NCBI GenBank assembly: GCA_041666045.1
Contig: JBAYHR010000001.1
Location: 21,107-85,106, forward strand
Origin: Minisyncoccota bacterium
GTDB lineage: Bacteria; Patescibacteriota; Minisyncoccia; Phycocordibacterales; UBA9973
Direction: 5' to 3'
DNA: 64,000 nucleotides
The stretch's first letter is position 1, and every line of letters begins with the position of its first letter. The notes under the pieces are model-generated. The model made no database searches. It saw nothing but the letters and a program-made list of their open reading frames with translations, and was not told where the DNA came from. The position numbers and the translations under genes are program-made. Positions 1 through 8,911 of the stretch are shown here, one piece after another.

Positions 1-1452
1 TTCAATTTCAATATGGTTGCTCTTGTTGATGGAGTTCCACAAACTCTTTCTCTTAAATCTATTCTTTCAGAATTTATTTCTCATAGAAAAGAAGTTGTGA
101 AGAGACGCTCTCTTTTTGATTTACGTAAAGCAGAGGATAGAGAACATATTTTGCTTGGATTAAAAAAAGCCCTTGATTTTATTGATAAAGTAATAAAAAC
201 AATTCGTGCATCAAAAGATGGTGCTACTGCAAAAATTAATTTGATGAAAGAATTTAAATTCTCTGATCTTCAAGCGGGAGCTATTTTGGAAATGAAGTTG
301 CAAAAACTTGCAGGACTTGAGAGAAAATTAATCGAAGAAGAATTGAAAGAGAAACAAGCTTTCATTAAAGCAATAAAAGAATTGCTGGCTAGTCCAAAGA
401 AAATGTTGAAAGTTATTTCAGATGAGCTTAAAGAAATTGGAGAAAAATATAGAGATGAACGCAGGACAAGAATAGTTAAGGGTGGAATAAAAGAAATTTC
501 TGATGAAGATTTGATTCCAGATAAAGAAACTATGCTTGTATTTACACAAGGCGGATATGTTAAACGCACAGATCCTTCTGAGTATCGTTCACAAAAAAGA
601 GGTGGAGTTGGTGTTGTTGATCTAGAAACAAAAGAAGAAGATTTTGTGACTATGTTAGTGTCTGGTTCTACTCACAATGATTTACTTTTCTTTACCAATT
701 TAGGTAAAGCGTATCAGATAAAAATGTATGATATTCCAGAAGGAAGACGCGCTACAAAAGGCAAGTCAATCATGAATTTCCTTTCTCTTGCTGGTGATGA
801 AAAAGTGACTTCAATATTGCCAATGCCAAAAGAATTGAAAAAGACCCCTATTTCCCTGATGCTTGTTACAAAAAATGGTACTGCAAAGAAAATGTCCGGT
901 GAAAGTTTTAAAGATGTGCGTCGTTCAGGAATTATTGCAATTAGATTAGATAAAGGAGATGAGCTTGCTTCTGCGCTTTTGACAGATAAAGGAGATGAAG
1001 TAATGCTAGCAACTTCTGGTGGACAATCTATAAGATTTAAAGAATCTGATATAAGAGAGATGGGGAGGACAGCAGGGGGTGTGCGTGGAATGAAGCTTGG
1101 CAAAGGTGATCAAGTTATCGGTGTGGATGTAATAAAGAAAGATAAAAAAGATGGATCATTTTTGACGATGAGCGCTAATGGTTTTGGTAAGAAAACTTCT
1201 TTAAAAGAATATAAAGTTCAGAAAAGGGGAGGATCAGGTATTAAAACAGCGAAAGTAACTCCGAAAACTGGCAAACTTATTGTTGCAAAAGTTTTAGCTG
1301 ATGGCGAAGAAGAATTAATTGCAATGTCAAAGAAAGGACAAGTTATAAGAACTGCTTTGAAAGATATTTCTTCTTTAGGAAGACAAACTCAAGGTGTGAC
1401 GATAATGCGTTTACGCGCAGGGGATGGTATTGCATCTCTTACTTGTGTTTAA
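1..1452 (+). CDS. gyrA: DNA gyrase subunit A, 3' part (starts before the window)
   Basis: Frame open from base 1; GyrA-box QKRGGVG followed by C-terminal beta-pinwheel repeats (GRTAGGVRG, GRQTQGV). Confidence 0.96.
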   Translation, partial: FNFNMVALVDGVPQTLSLKSILSEFISHRKEVVKRRSLFDLRKAEDREHILLGLKKALDFIDKVIKTIRASKDGATAKINLMKEFKFSDLQAGAILEMKLQKLAGLERKLIEEELKEKQAFIKAIKELLASPKKMLKVISDELKEIGEKYRDERRTRIVKGGIKEISDEDLIPDKETMLVFTQGGYVKRTDPSEYRSQKRGGVGVVDLETKEEDFVTMLVSGSTHNDLLFFTNLGKAYQIKMYDIPEGRRATKGKSIMNFLSLAGDEKVTSILPMPKELKKTPISLMLVTKNGTAKKMSGESFKDVRRSGIIAIRLDKGDELASALLTDKGDEVMLATSGGQSIRFKESDIREMGRTAGGVRGMKLGKGDQVIGVDVIKKDKKDGSFLTMSANGFGKKTSLKEYKVQKRGGSGIKTAKVTPKTGKLIVAKVLADGEEELIAMSKKGQVIRTALKDISSLGRQTQGVTIMRLRAGDGIASLTCV

Positions 1453-1474
1453 TTTACAAATTTAATAAATAAAT

Positions 1475-1993
1475 ATGTTCACTGATCCAATTAAAAATTT
1501 AAAACAATTCGGAATAAGAGAAGATATGATTGTGGCTGATTTAGGTGCGGGAACTGGTTTTTATTCCTTAGCTTTAGCACATATGGTTCCACACGGGAAA
1601 GTTTATGCTATTGAAATACAAAAAGATTTTTTAATAACTATAAAAAACAAAATAAAAGAAGCTAGGTTAAAAAATATAGAATGTTTTTTAGGAAATATTG
1701 AAAAAATTGGTGGAACAAAAATAAAAGATGAAGTGATAGATTCAGTTGTTATATCAAATGTGCTTTTTCAAGCAGAAAATAAAGAAAAATTTATCGAAGA
1801 AGCAAAAAGAATATTAAAATCTAACGGGAAAGTTCTCGTGATAGATTGGGCAGATTCTTCTACTTTAGGAATAAATAAAGGATCAATTATTTCTAAAGAT
1901 AAAATAAAGGATATGTTTGAAAAAAAAGGGTTTGTTTATGACAGAGATATTAATGCAGGAGAGCATCATTATGGTATGATATTTAATAAGTAG
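1475..1993 (+). CDS. Class I SAM-dependent methyltransferase
   Basis: Motif I VADLGAGTG, acidic motif II YAIEIQ, RILKSNG. Confidence 0.85.
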   Translation: MFTDPIKNLKQFGIREDMIVADLGAGTGFYSLALAHMVPHGKVYAIEIQKDFLITIKNKIKEARLKNIECFLGNIEKIGGTKIKDEVIDSVVISNVLFQAENKEKFIEEAKRILKSNGKVLVIDWADSSTLGINKGSIISKDKIKDMFEKKGFVYDRDINAGEHHYGMIFNK

Positions 1994-2006
1994 AAAGTAA
2001 TAAAAT

Positions 2007-3296
2007 ATGAAAGGAAATTTTCAAACAATAATTATAATTACATTTATAGCCTTAGCGGTTTTTGGTGTTTTGGTTTTTTCTGGAGCTATAAAAATTGGAA
2101 GTGATAATCAATCTGGAGCATTAGGCACTGTTACATTATGGGGGACTGTAAAAGTGGATGTAATTGCATCAGCGCTTGATGATTTTAATCGTGTCAATAA
2201 AACTTTTATTGTGAAGTATGTTCAAAAATATCCAGAAACTTTTGACCAAGATTTACTTGAAGCATTAGCCTCAGGTCAAGGTCCAGATATGTTTTTCTTA
2301 CCTGATAATTTAGTCTTTAATTATAAAAATAAAATTTATCCTATTCCTTATCAAAGTTTGCCTGTTGCAACATTTGAAAATAGTTTTGCTTCAGCTGGAG
2401 AAGTATTTTTGACTTCAAAAGGTGTTTTGGCTTTTCCTATAGCAATTGATCCTATGGTTATGTATTATAACAGAAGCATTCTTGATGCAAATTCTGTTGT
2501 TTATCCTCCAGTATATTGGGACGAATTTATTAATCTTGTTCCAATTTTAACTAAAAAAGATGAAAATAAAAAAATAATAAAAAGTGGAGTTGCAATGGGG
2601 CAATTTTCAAATATTGACCATTCTAAAGATATAATTTCTATTTTATTTATGCAGGCTGGAAATCCAATTATAACTGAAAAAAATGGATATTTTGTTTCTA
2701 CTTTAAATGAAACTGGGAAATATGACTTAGGTTCTATTTTAAAATTCTATACGGATTTTTCTAATCCTCTAAAAGATGTTTATTCTTGGAATAAAGCTAT
2801 GCCTAATTCCAGTGATGTTTTTAGCGCTGATAATTTGGCATTTTATTTTGGATATGCGAGTGAGCTTCAGACTTTAATTAACAAGAATCCGAATCTAAAC
2901 TTTTTACCTGCGCAAATGCCTCAAATTAAAAATGCCAGTTCTAAACTTACTTCTGCTCGTGTTACTGGAATTGCCATTTCTGCTTTTTCTAAAAATTTAA
3001 ATACCGCTTTTACTGCTGCTGGTCTTTTATCAAGTAGTGATTTTGCTTCTAAATTTGCAAATGCTTTGGGTGTTGCTCCTGCCAGACGTGATCTTTTAGC
3101 TATAAAACAAACAGATGCATATTTACCGACTTTTTATTCTTCAGCTTTATATTCAAGAAGTTGGCTTGATCCATCCTCAAATGATACAGATAATATTTTT
3201 CGTGGAATGGTGGAAGGTGTATTGTCAAATAATATGACAGTTGAAAACGCAGTTAGAGATGCCAGTGCCAAGCTTAGTCTTTTATTAGCCAGATAA
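2007..3296 (+). CDS. Extracellular solute-binding protein (sugar-binding family-like), N-terminal membrane anchor
   Basis: N-terminal TM segment; ALASGQGPD and MYYNRSIL motifs. Confidence 0.75.
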   Translation: MKGNFQTIIIITFIALAVFGVLVFSGAIKIGSDNQSGALGTVTLWGTVKVDVIASALDDFNRVNKTFIVKYVQKYPETFDQDLLEALASGQGPDMFFLPDNLVFNYKNKIYPIPYQSLPVATFENSFASAGEVFLTSKGVLAFPIAIDPMVMYYNRSILDANSVVYPPVYWDEFINLVPILTKKDENKKIIKSGVAMGQFSNIDHSKDIISILFMQAGNPIITEKNGYFVSTLNETGKYDLGSILKFYTDFSNPLKDVYSWNKAMPNSSDVFSADNLAFYFGYASELQTLINKNPNLNFLPAQMPQIKNASSKLTSARVTGIAISAFSKNLNTAFTAAGLLSSSDFASKFANALGVAPARRDLLAIKQTDAYLPTFYSSALYSRSWLDPSSNDTDNIFRGMVEGVLSNNMTVENAVRDASAKLSLLLAR

Positions 3297-3302
3297 TCAA
3301 TT

Positions 3303-4343
3303 ATGAAAAAAATAACAAAATTTTTAATTTTCTTTTCAATATTAAGTATTTTTCTTTTGCCTAGTATTTCTTTTGCTCAAACTACATCTACTCTCACCAC
3401 TTCAGATCTCACAGCAACTTCCGTTACATTAAATGCAACTGGGTTAACTCCTAATCAAATATATAAATTTAAAATTAATGGAGCTTCTGGTTTAATTGAA
3501 CAGCAATTTACAGCAGATTCTACTGGTACGGGTAAGGTTTCTTTTGGATCTCCGAATTTTCATTTAGAAGTATATAGTGATTTTATTGCTTCGGTAAATG
3601 AATATAATCCTAATACAGGGATTTCATCAAATGCTATTGCCACTTTAAATTTTAAAACATTAGGAGTAAATCTTATTGTATCAGATATTACAAAAAATTC
3701 TGTTACTTTAAACGCAACTGGGTTAACTCCTTCTAGATTACATAAATTTGAAATTGTTGGAGCTTCTGGTTCTCCTACGCAAGAAGTTACAGCGGATGTT
3801 GATAGTAAGGCTAAGGTTACTTTTAATAATTTAGTTTCAGGACATAGTTATGCTGCTAGAGTATATCTTGTAGGATCTGAGACAATTGCCAGAGGTTATT
3901 TTGAGGTTTATTTTACAACATTAGCTTCAGATATTACTCCAATCCCAAACTCGAACCCAAATCCAGATCCCAATCAAAATTCAAGTTCAGACATAACTCT
4001 ATCATCTGGAAATACAAGTTCTGGCGGTGGTAGCAATTTAATTCCTTGTGGGACAACAGCTAATCCTACAGCTTGTGGATTTAATGATTTAATGAAATTA
4101 ATAAATAATGTGGTTAATTTTATTCTTTTTGATATGGTTGTGCCTATTGCGGCTATAATGTTCGCTTATGCTGGTATTCTCCTTATATTTTCTGGTGGTG
4201 ATACTTCCAAGAGATCTAAAGCAAAAAGTATATTTATCAATGTTGCCATAGGATTTATTATTGCAATCGCAGCTTGGCTTATAGTTGAATTTATATTGAA
4301 TCTATTAGGCTATGATAAGACTTGGGATTGGTTTGGCTTTTAA
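3303..4343 (+). CDS. Secreted protein with two FN3-like repeats fused to a C-terminal TrbC/VirB2-like pilin domain
   Basis: Signal peptide ending SFA; duplicated SD(L/I)TxxSVTLNATGLTP unit; Pro/Asn/Ser linker; two C-terminal TM helices around SKRSKAK. Confidence 0.65.
   Translation: MKKITKFLIFFSILSIFLLPSISFAQTTSTLTTSDLTATSVTLNATGLTPNQIYKFKINGASGLIEQQFTADSTGTGKVSFGSPNFHLEVYSDFIASVNEYNPNTGISSNAIATLNFKTLGVNLIVSDITKNSVTLNATGLTPSRLHKFEIVGASGSPTQEVTADVDSKAKVTFNNLVSGHSYAARVYLVGSETIARGYFEVYFTTLASDITPIPNSNPNPDPNQNSSSDITLSSGNTSSGGGSNLIPCGTTANPTACGFNDLMKLINNVVNFILFDMVVPIAAIMFAYAGILLIFSGGDTSKRSKAKSIFINVAIGFIIAIAAWLIVEFILNLLGYDKTWDWFGF
3402..3770 (+). repeat. Intragenic direct repeat, unit spacing 279 bp (93 aa)
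   Basis: tcagat...gcaactgggttaactcct...ggagcttctggtt starts at ~3402 and again at ~3681. Confidence 0.8.
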
Positions 4344-4362
4344 AATAGTGTATAATTGATAT

Positions 4363-4435
4363 ACTTGTCCCGTTAGAAATTTAATAAGCGGGAGAATAAA
4401 ATAATATGAAAAAAATTAAAATTTCTAATGGGATG
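4363..4435 (+). repeat. Leader-hairpin element, copy 1 (ACTTGTCCCGTTAGAAAT...ATTTCTAATGGG-ATG)
   Basis: Terminal inverted repeat with one G-T pair; starts after a 6-nt gap from TATAAT (4351-4356); ends on ATG 4433. Confidence 0.85.
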
Positions 4436-4843
4436 AAATTCATTAAGAAAAATCTTTTTGCAATAATTTTATCAATCATTGTTATTTCTGTGCCAATTTT
4501 ATCTTTTGCGCAGAATGGTACAAATGCAATTGGAACAGGAAATGGCACAAATGCTACGGGAACAGGTGGTCTTTCCTCAACGATTGTTAACCCAATAGGA
4601 GTTACAAGCATAACTGGCTTAATTAAAACAATTCTACAAGCTGTCATAAAACTAGGAATACCAATTGTTGCGTTGGCAATAATTTATTGCGGTTTTCTTT
4701 TTGTGAAAGCCTTGGGAAAACCTGAGGAATTAAAAAAAGCAAAAGACGCTTTATTATACACAGTTATAGGCGCGGCAATTTTACTGGGTGCTTGGACGAT
4801 CGCCCAGCTTATATCAGATACAGTTTTAGAAATAGCTAAATAA
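4433..4843 (+). CDS. TrbC/VirB2-like pilin (alternative in-frame start at 4406, inside the leader element)
   Basis: Signal peptide ending SFA, NPIG, two TM helices around GKPEELKKAK. Confidence 0.7.
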   Translation: MKFIKKNLFAIILSIIVISVPILSFAQNGTNAIGTGNGTNATGTGGLSSTIVNPIGVTSITGLIKTILQAVIKLGIPIVALAIIYCGFLFVKALGKPEELKKAKDALLYTVIGAAILLGAWTIAQLISDTVLEIAK

Positions 4844-4848
4844 AATTT

Positions 4849-5253
4849 ATGAAGATAAATAAAATAAAATATTTTGCATTTGTTATAGTTATGTTTTCTT
4901 TTTTATATATGCCAAGTATTTCTTTGGCTCAACAACAACCTGAACAATCTAGTTCAAGGGGTGTTTTATGCAGTTTAGTTTCAAGTCCAAAATTGGGAGA
5001 TTTATTAGGTTATATTACTTGTATTATTAGCAAGTCTGTAATTCCTTTAATTTTTGCTTTAGCTATTGCTTCTTTTATTTGGGGAGTTGTGCAGTATGTA
5101 ATAAATAATGATGATGAAGCAAAAAAAGCAAAAGGCAAGATGTTTATGATCTGGGGAATTATAGCTTTGACAGTGATGGTTTCTGTTTGGGGATTGGTAA
5201 GTATTTTGGGAAATACTTTTGGAATTCTTAATGTAATACCGCAACTTAAATAG
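4849..5253 (+). CDS. TrbC/VirB2-like pilin
   Basis: Signal peptide; FIWGVVQY...KKAKGK..MIWGIIAL pattern shared with neighbours. Confidence 0.7.
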   Translation: MKINKIKYFAFVIVMFSFLYMPSISLAQQQPEQSSSRGVLCSLVSSPKLGDLLGYITCIISKSVIPLIFALAIASFIWGVVQYVINNDDEAKKAKGKMFMIWGIIALTVMVSVWGLVSILGNTFGILNVIPQLK

Positions 5254-5372
5254 TAATCCACATAGGTGTGATTTTGTCTTATCTTTATGGTATAATACAA
5301 AAAGCTTAATAAATTTAGGCAAATTATTATTAGTTTTAAGGTCGCTCAATTATTATTAATTATTAAAAAAAT

Positions 5373-5747
5373 ATGAAAAATAAATTAGCTATTTTATCTG
5401 GTTTTGGATTAGTTTTTGCTCCATTATTAGCTTTTGCTCAACAATCAAATGGTTGTGTCAATGCAATACCTGGAACAATACAAAAGGTAATCTGTACAAT
5501 AGGAAATATTTTAGATACTGTTATTCCAGTTCTTATTGTTTTAGGAATCGTATATTTTGTTTGGGGAGTTGTTCAGTATGTAATGGCTTCTGAAGAAGAG
5601 GCAAAGAAAGTAGGAAGAGAAAGAATGATATATGGTATTATTGGTTTAGTTGTTATTGTAGGTATGTGGGGTCTTGTTGGTATTGTTACTAATACTTTCA
5701 ATTTGTCTGGTACTACAACATATACTATTCCAACAAGTCCTTTCTAG
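5373..5747 (+). CDS. TrbC/VirB2-like pilin
   Basis: Signal peptide ending AFA; FVWGVVQY...KKVGR..MIYGIIGL. Confidence 0.7.
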   Translation: MKNKLAILSGFGLVFAPLLAFAQQSNGCVNAIPGTIQKVICTIGNILDTVIPVLIVLGIVYFVWGVVQYVMASEEEAKKVGRERMIYGIIGLVVIVGMWGLVGIVTNTFNLSGTTTYTIPTSPF

Positions 5748-5753
5748 TAATAT

Positions 5754-6095
5754 ATGGATTTATTTTTTACAAATATTGCTTACGCGAGCGTAGATTCTGT
5801 TATATCAAAGATTAATACGCTTATAATAAATCCGCTCATTATTTTGCTTTTTGCTTTAGCATTAATGTATTTTCTTTATGGTGTATTTGAATTTCTTTCA
5901 AATGGAGATAATGAAGAAAAAAAGACAACTGGCAAGAAGCATATGATTTGGGGTATTGTTGGACTTACTGTTATGATGGGTGTTTGGTTTATTCTTGGAG
6001 TGATTTTAGATACTTTCAATATAACCGGAATAAATCCTCAGGAGGGAACTGTTCAATTAGATGAATATAATCCTTCATATCCGCAAGTAAAATAA
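5754..6095 (+). CDS. TrbC/VirB2-like pilin
   Basis: FLYGVFEF...KKTTGKKHMIWGIVGL; paralogous to preceding ORFs. Confidence 0.65.
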   Translation: MDLFFTNIAYASVDSVISKINTLIINPLIILLFALALMYFLYGVFEFLSNGDNEEKKTTGKKHMIWGIVGLTVMMGVWFILGVILDTFNITGINPQEGTVQLDEYNPSYPQVK

Positions 6096-6115
6096 TAAAA
6101 AATGAAATAGGAATT

Positions 6116-6150
6116 AAAAAAAGCGATTCGTTAAAAACGAATCGCTTTTT
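6116..6150. terminator. Bidirectional intrinsic terminator
   Basis: aaaaaaagcgattcgtt-aaa-aacgaatcgcttttt between convergent genes. Confidence 0.85.
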
Positions 6151-6169
6151 GTTTTACCACTTTAGGTAA

Positions 6170-6637
6170 TTAATAAATTTGATACCAATAGAAAATAATT
6201 TTATCTATACCTTCCGGATAAATTAGATAATTTCCTGCTGGCATTAGTGCCCAATCTTTTATTTTTGAGTTGTGTTCAGGTTTTTCGTTACAAATGAAAA
6301 ACCTAGATGGATCCGATTCTAATACATATTTTCCGTTACCTGGACCAATAATTCGTGTATTAGTTTTAGTAGGATCAAGATAAGCTCTTACTGGTTTATC
6401 CATTGTCGCTACCTCTTTTCCGCTCATTGGGTAAGCTACGAATAAATTTGAGAATGAAGTGTTTTCAGTTTTATTTGAGTTCTTGTTTGTTTGTTTTATT
6501 AGACTAAATATATCATTGCGATATATTAACAATAAAACAAGTGCAACAATTAAAACTACCCAAATTAGTAATTTACTAAATTTCAAGCCAAATAACAATA
6601 TAAAAGGCATACCTAAAATTTTTAATAACTTAATCAT
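6170..6637 (-). CDS. Hypothetical membrane-anchored protein
   Basis: 155-aa ORF, N-terminal hydrophobic segment, SD AGGAGG upstream. Confidence 0.7.
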   Translation of the reverse strand: MIKLLKILGMPFILLFGLKFSKLLIWVVLIVALVLLLIYRNDIFSLIKQTNKNSNKTENTSFSNLFVAYPMSGKEVATMDKPVRAYLDPTKTNTRIIGPGNGKYVLESDPSRFFICNEKPEHNSKIKDWALMPAGNYLIYPEGIDKIIFYWYQIY

Positions 6638-6653
6638 AATTGTTCCTCCTTTT

Positions 6654-7688
6654 TTATTTAGTTTGTGCGTTTACCATTGGTACTACAGGTGAAGCTCCAG
6701 TTCCATAAGAAAGAAGATGGGTTTTAGATACCTGTTCAAGATTTGCAAAACTAGAGATATTTTCAACTCCAATTATTTTTGAAATCTCTTCAAGATATTT
6801 CTTTATGCCTTCTCCTTCAGCTTGTTTTGCTAGAGCCATCTTTTGGGCGAAAAGAATTTTAGCATTTCCATCAAGTTCAGCTATTTTTTGAGCCATTTGA
6901 GCTTTTTGAAAATCTTCATCACCTTCTTCCCCTTTACTTAAGTCATAAAATTTCATTTCTATTAAATCTGCTCTTAAATGAAATTTATTTTCAATAATCT
7001 TATTTGTTTCTTCAATTACATTTTTAACAAAAGGAGAATCTGGGTCGGATTTGTTAGTTGTATTGCGAAAATCACTATAAGAAAGAAGTTTACATTGTTC
7101 TTGAATTGCTCCAGCAAAACCAGTTTCAGCTTGTGCAAGGATAATACCATCAGGTTTTATTTTAAAAATTACCTGAATAATGTTTAAAACTTCAAAAGTT
7201 ACTAGAAAGACTAAGTCAATTTTGGATCCGTCGTTTAATTCTACTCTAAGGATTTCAATTGCATGAGTATAAACTCTTTTAAAATAATCAAGTTTTTCAT
7301 TTTTTTTAATTATTTCATAACTAATTTGTTCTCCTTTTACTCCCTTAGCTTTTTTTTCTGTATACTCATTCCATTCTGAAGAAAATTGGTAAATATTTTT
7401 AATTGGTGTTATACCAAAAAAAATAATTCCAAATTCTTTAAATAAAGATCCATTTTTTTTAGGATTAATTGCTTTTACAAGTTCACCATTATTGTTGTAG
7501 TAAAGTCCTTTCATATTAGATAAAACTTCAACAACATTTTCTTCTTTCATTACGAGTTTTCCTTGTTCATTTCCAAGACGGGTGAAATGTGTGTTCCTTT
7601 TTGCTAGATTTTTCATCCCGATAATAATACAAGCTGAAAGTAGTGATATTAAAATTACACTACCTAAAATGATTAAAAAAATTGTCAT
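6654..7688 (-). CDS. SPFH/band-7-like membrane protein
   Basis: N-terminal TM, central segment DGSKIDLVFLVTFEV, Ala/Glu-rich C-terminal coiled region; SD GGAGG. Confidence 0.55.
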   Translation of the reverse strand: MTIFLIILGSVILISLLSACIIIGMKNLAKRNTHFTRLGNEQGKLVMKEENVVEVLSNMKGLYYNNNGELVKAINPKKNGSLFKEFGIIFFGITPIKNIYQFSSEWNEYTEKKAKGVKGEQISYEIIKKNEKLDYFKRVYTHAIEILRVELNDGSKIDLVFLVTFEVLNIIQVIFKIKPDGIILAQAETGFAGAIQEQCKLLSYSDFRNTTNKSDPDSPFVKNVIEETNKIIENKFHLRADLIEMKFYDLSKGEEGDEDFQKAQMAQKIAELDGNAKILFAQKMALAKQAEGEGIKKYLEEISKIIGVENISSFANLEQVSKTHLLSYGTGASPVVPMVNAQTK

Positions 7689-7798
7689 AATTTGGTTCCT
7701 CCATTTTTAGTTATTAATTTAAATAATTTGTTTATTTTAAAGGCTACAAAAATTAAATAGGGAAGTAGCCACTCAAATAAACAAACTATTTAAACTTA

Positions 7799-7852
7799 TT
7801 TTCAAATAACTTTTTACTCGTAAAGTATAGCATATAGAATCTAAAAAGTCAA
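7799..7852 (-). promoter_or_regulatory. Sigma70 promoter with downstream boxA-like motif
   Basis: TTGACT-17-TATACT with TG extension, then GTTATTTGAAAA; close copy at 8814-8870. Confidence 0.7.
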
Positions 7853-7885
7853 CCTTATTTGGTAATGTGTACACACATTAAGCAT

Positions 7886-7922
7886 AAAAAATACCTCAGA
7901 ATCTATAAAGATCTGAGGTATT
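7886..7922 (-). terminator. Intrinsic terminator
   Basis: aatacctcaga/tctgaggtatt stem with a U-tract on the minus strand. Confidence 0.75.
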
Positions 7923-7928
7923 AAATAT

Positions 7929-8738
7929 TTAATTTCTGTGTCCATAGTAACTGTTGTTACCATTTCCACTAGAATGGTTATTGCTGTATCCATTACCATG
8001 ATTATGGCTACAATTTCCACCATAATGGTTTGAATAAGAACTTGCCCCGAATGGAGCTGTTACAACTTTTTGAATACTATAACCACCATATCGTTGATAG
8101 TTGTTGCGATAATAAATTGGTGGATCTGGTATAAAAACTGCACCAGTTCTAACTGTAACTTGTTTTCCGTAAACAATGTTTTCTTGTTGGTAGTTTTGAT
8201 TGTTAATAGAATTATTTTCATTAACGTAAACTTTCCCAACATTGTCATTGTTTACATTTGCATTAGTTTCTTGTTTGGGTATTTTTATTTTTTCAACTCT
8301 TGTTACGGGTACTGCGAGAATATTTCCGCATTTACTTCTTATTATAATAATTGAAAATGTTCCAATTCTGAAGACCCATGCAAACTCACTACCAGTAGGA
8401 TTTTTATGCCCGATGCTTTGGACAATTTTTTTAGTTTTAGGATCCCATCCAGAATTCATATAACCACCTTCTTCTAAATAAACTTCTTCAAGATAAAGAT
8501 GATTAAAGATTTCATTTATTCTAGTATTAGAAACTTTAAATATTGTATCTTTTAATCCAGCATTTATGTTTTCAATAAGAGAATTTCTGAATGCGAAACC
8601 TTTTGCAGTTTCTTGGAAAGCTAATTCTTTTAATTCTTCTTTTGAAGGAGAATTATATTTTGGAAAAATAGCTTGTACTTGTCCAAAAGAGCTGAGCTCG
8701 ATCCCAAAAAGGAGAGCAAAAATAATTAAATTTTTCAT
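7929..8738 (-). CDS. Hypothetical secreted protein with Asn/Gly/His/Tyr-rich tail
   Basis: 269-aa ORF, signal peptide-like N-terminus. Confidence 0.7.
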   Translation of the reverse strand: MKNLIIFALLFGIELSSFGQVQAIFPKYNSPSKEELKELAFQETAKGFAFRNSLIENINAGLKDTIFKVSNTRINEIFNHLYLEEVYLEEGGYMNSGWDPKTKKIVQSIGHKNPTGSEFAWVFRIGTFSIIIIRSKCGNILAVPVTRVEKIKIPKQETNANVNNDNVGKVYVNENNSINNQNYQQENIVYGKQVTVRTGAVFIPDPPIYYRNNYQRYGGYSIQKVVTAPFGASSYSNHYGGNCSHNHGNGYSNNHSSGNGNNSYYGHRN

Positions 8739-8813
8739 ATTTTTTAGGTTTTAATTTGTTTACTTTAAAAGCCAAAATTTAGCATCTAAAATAAACAAAC
8801 TAAAACTTAATAT

Positions 8814-8892
8814 TTTTCAAACAACTTATTTATCTGCCTAAAGTATATCACATAGAAACTAAAAAGTCAACCCTTTTGGTTGACTTTTTAGT
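8814..8892 (-). promoter_or_regulatory. Promoter whose -35 lies inside the terminator hairpin of the upstream gene
   Basis: Hairpin actaaaaagtcaacc/ggttgactttttagt (8858-8892); TTGACT-17-TATACT; GTTGTTTGAAAA. Confidence 0.7.
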
Positions 8893-8911
8893 GTTAATTA
8901 TAAGATTGTTT

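Noticed and set aside
270-1103. Antisense ORFs inside gyrA, and the many similar shadow ORFs across the window
   Set aside because: They fully overlap well-supported genes and show no motifs
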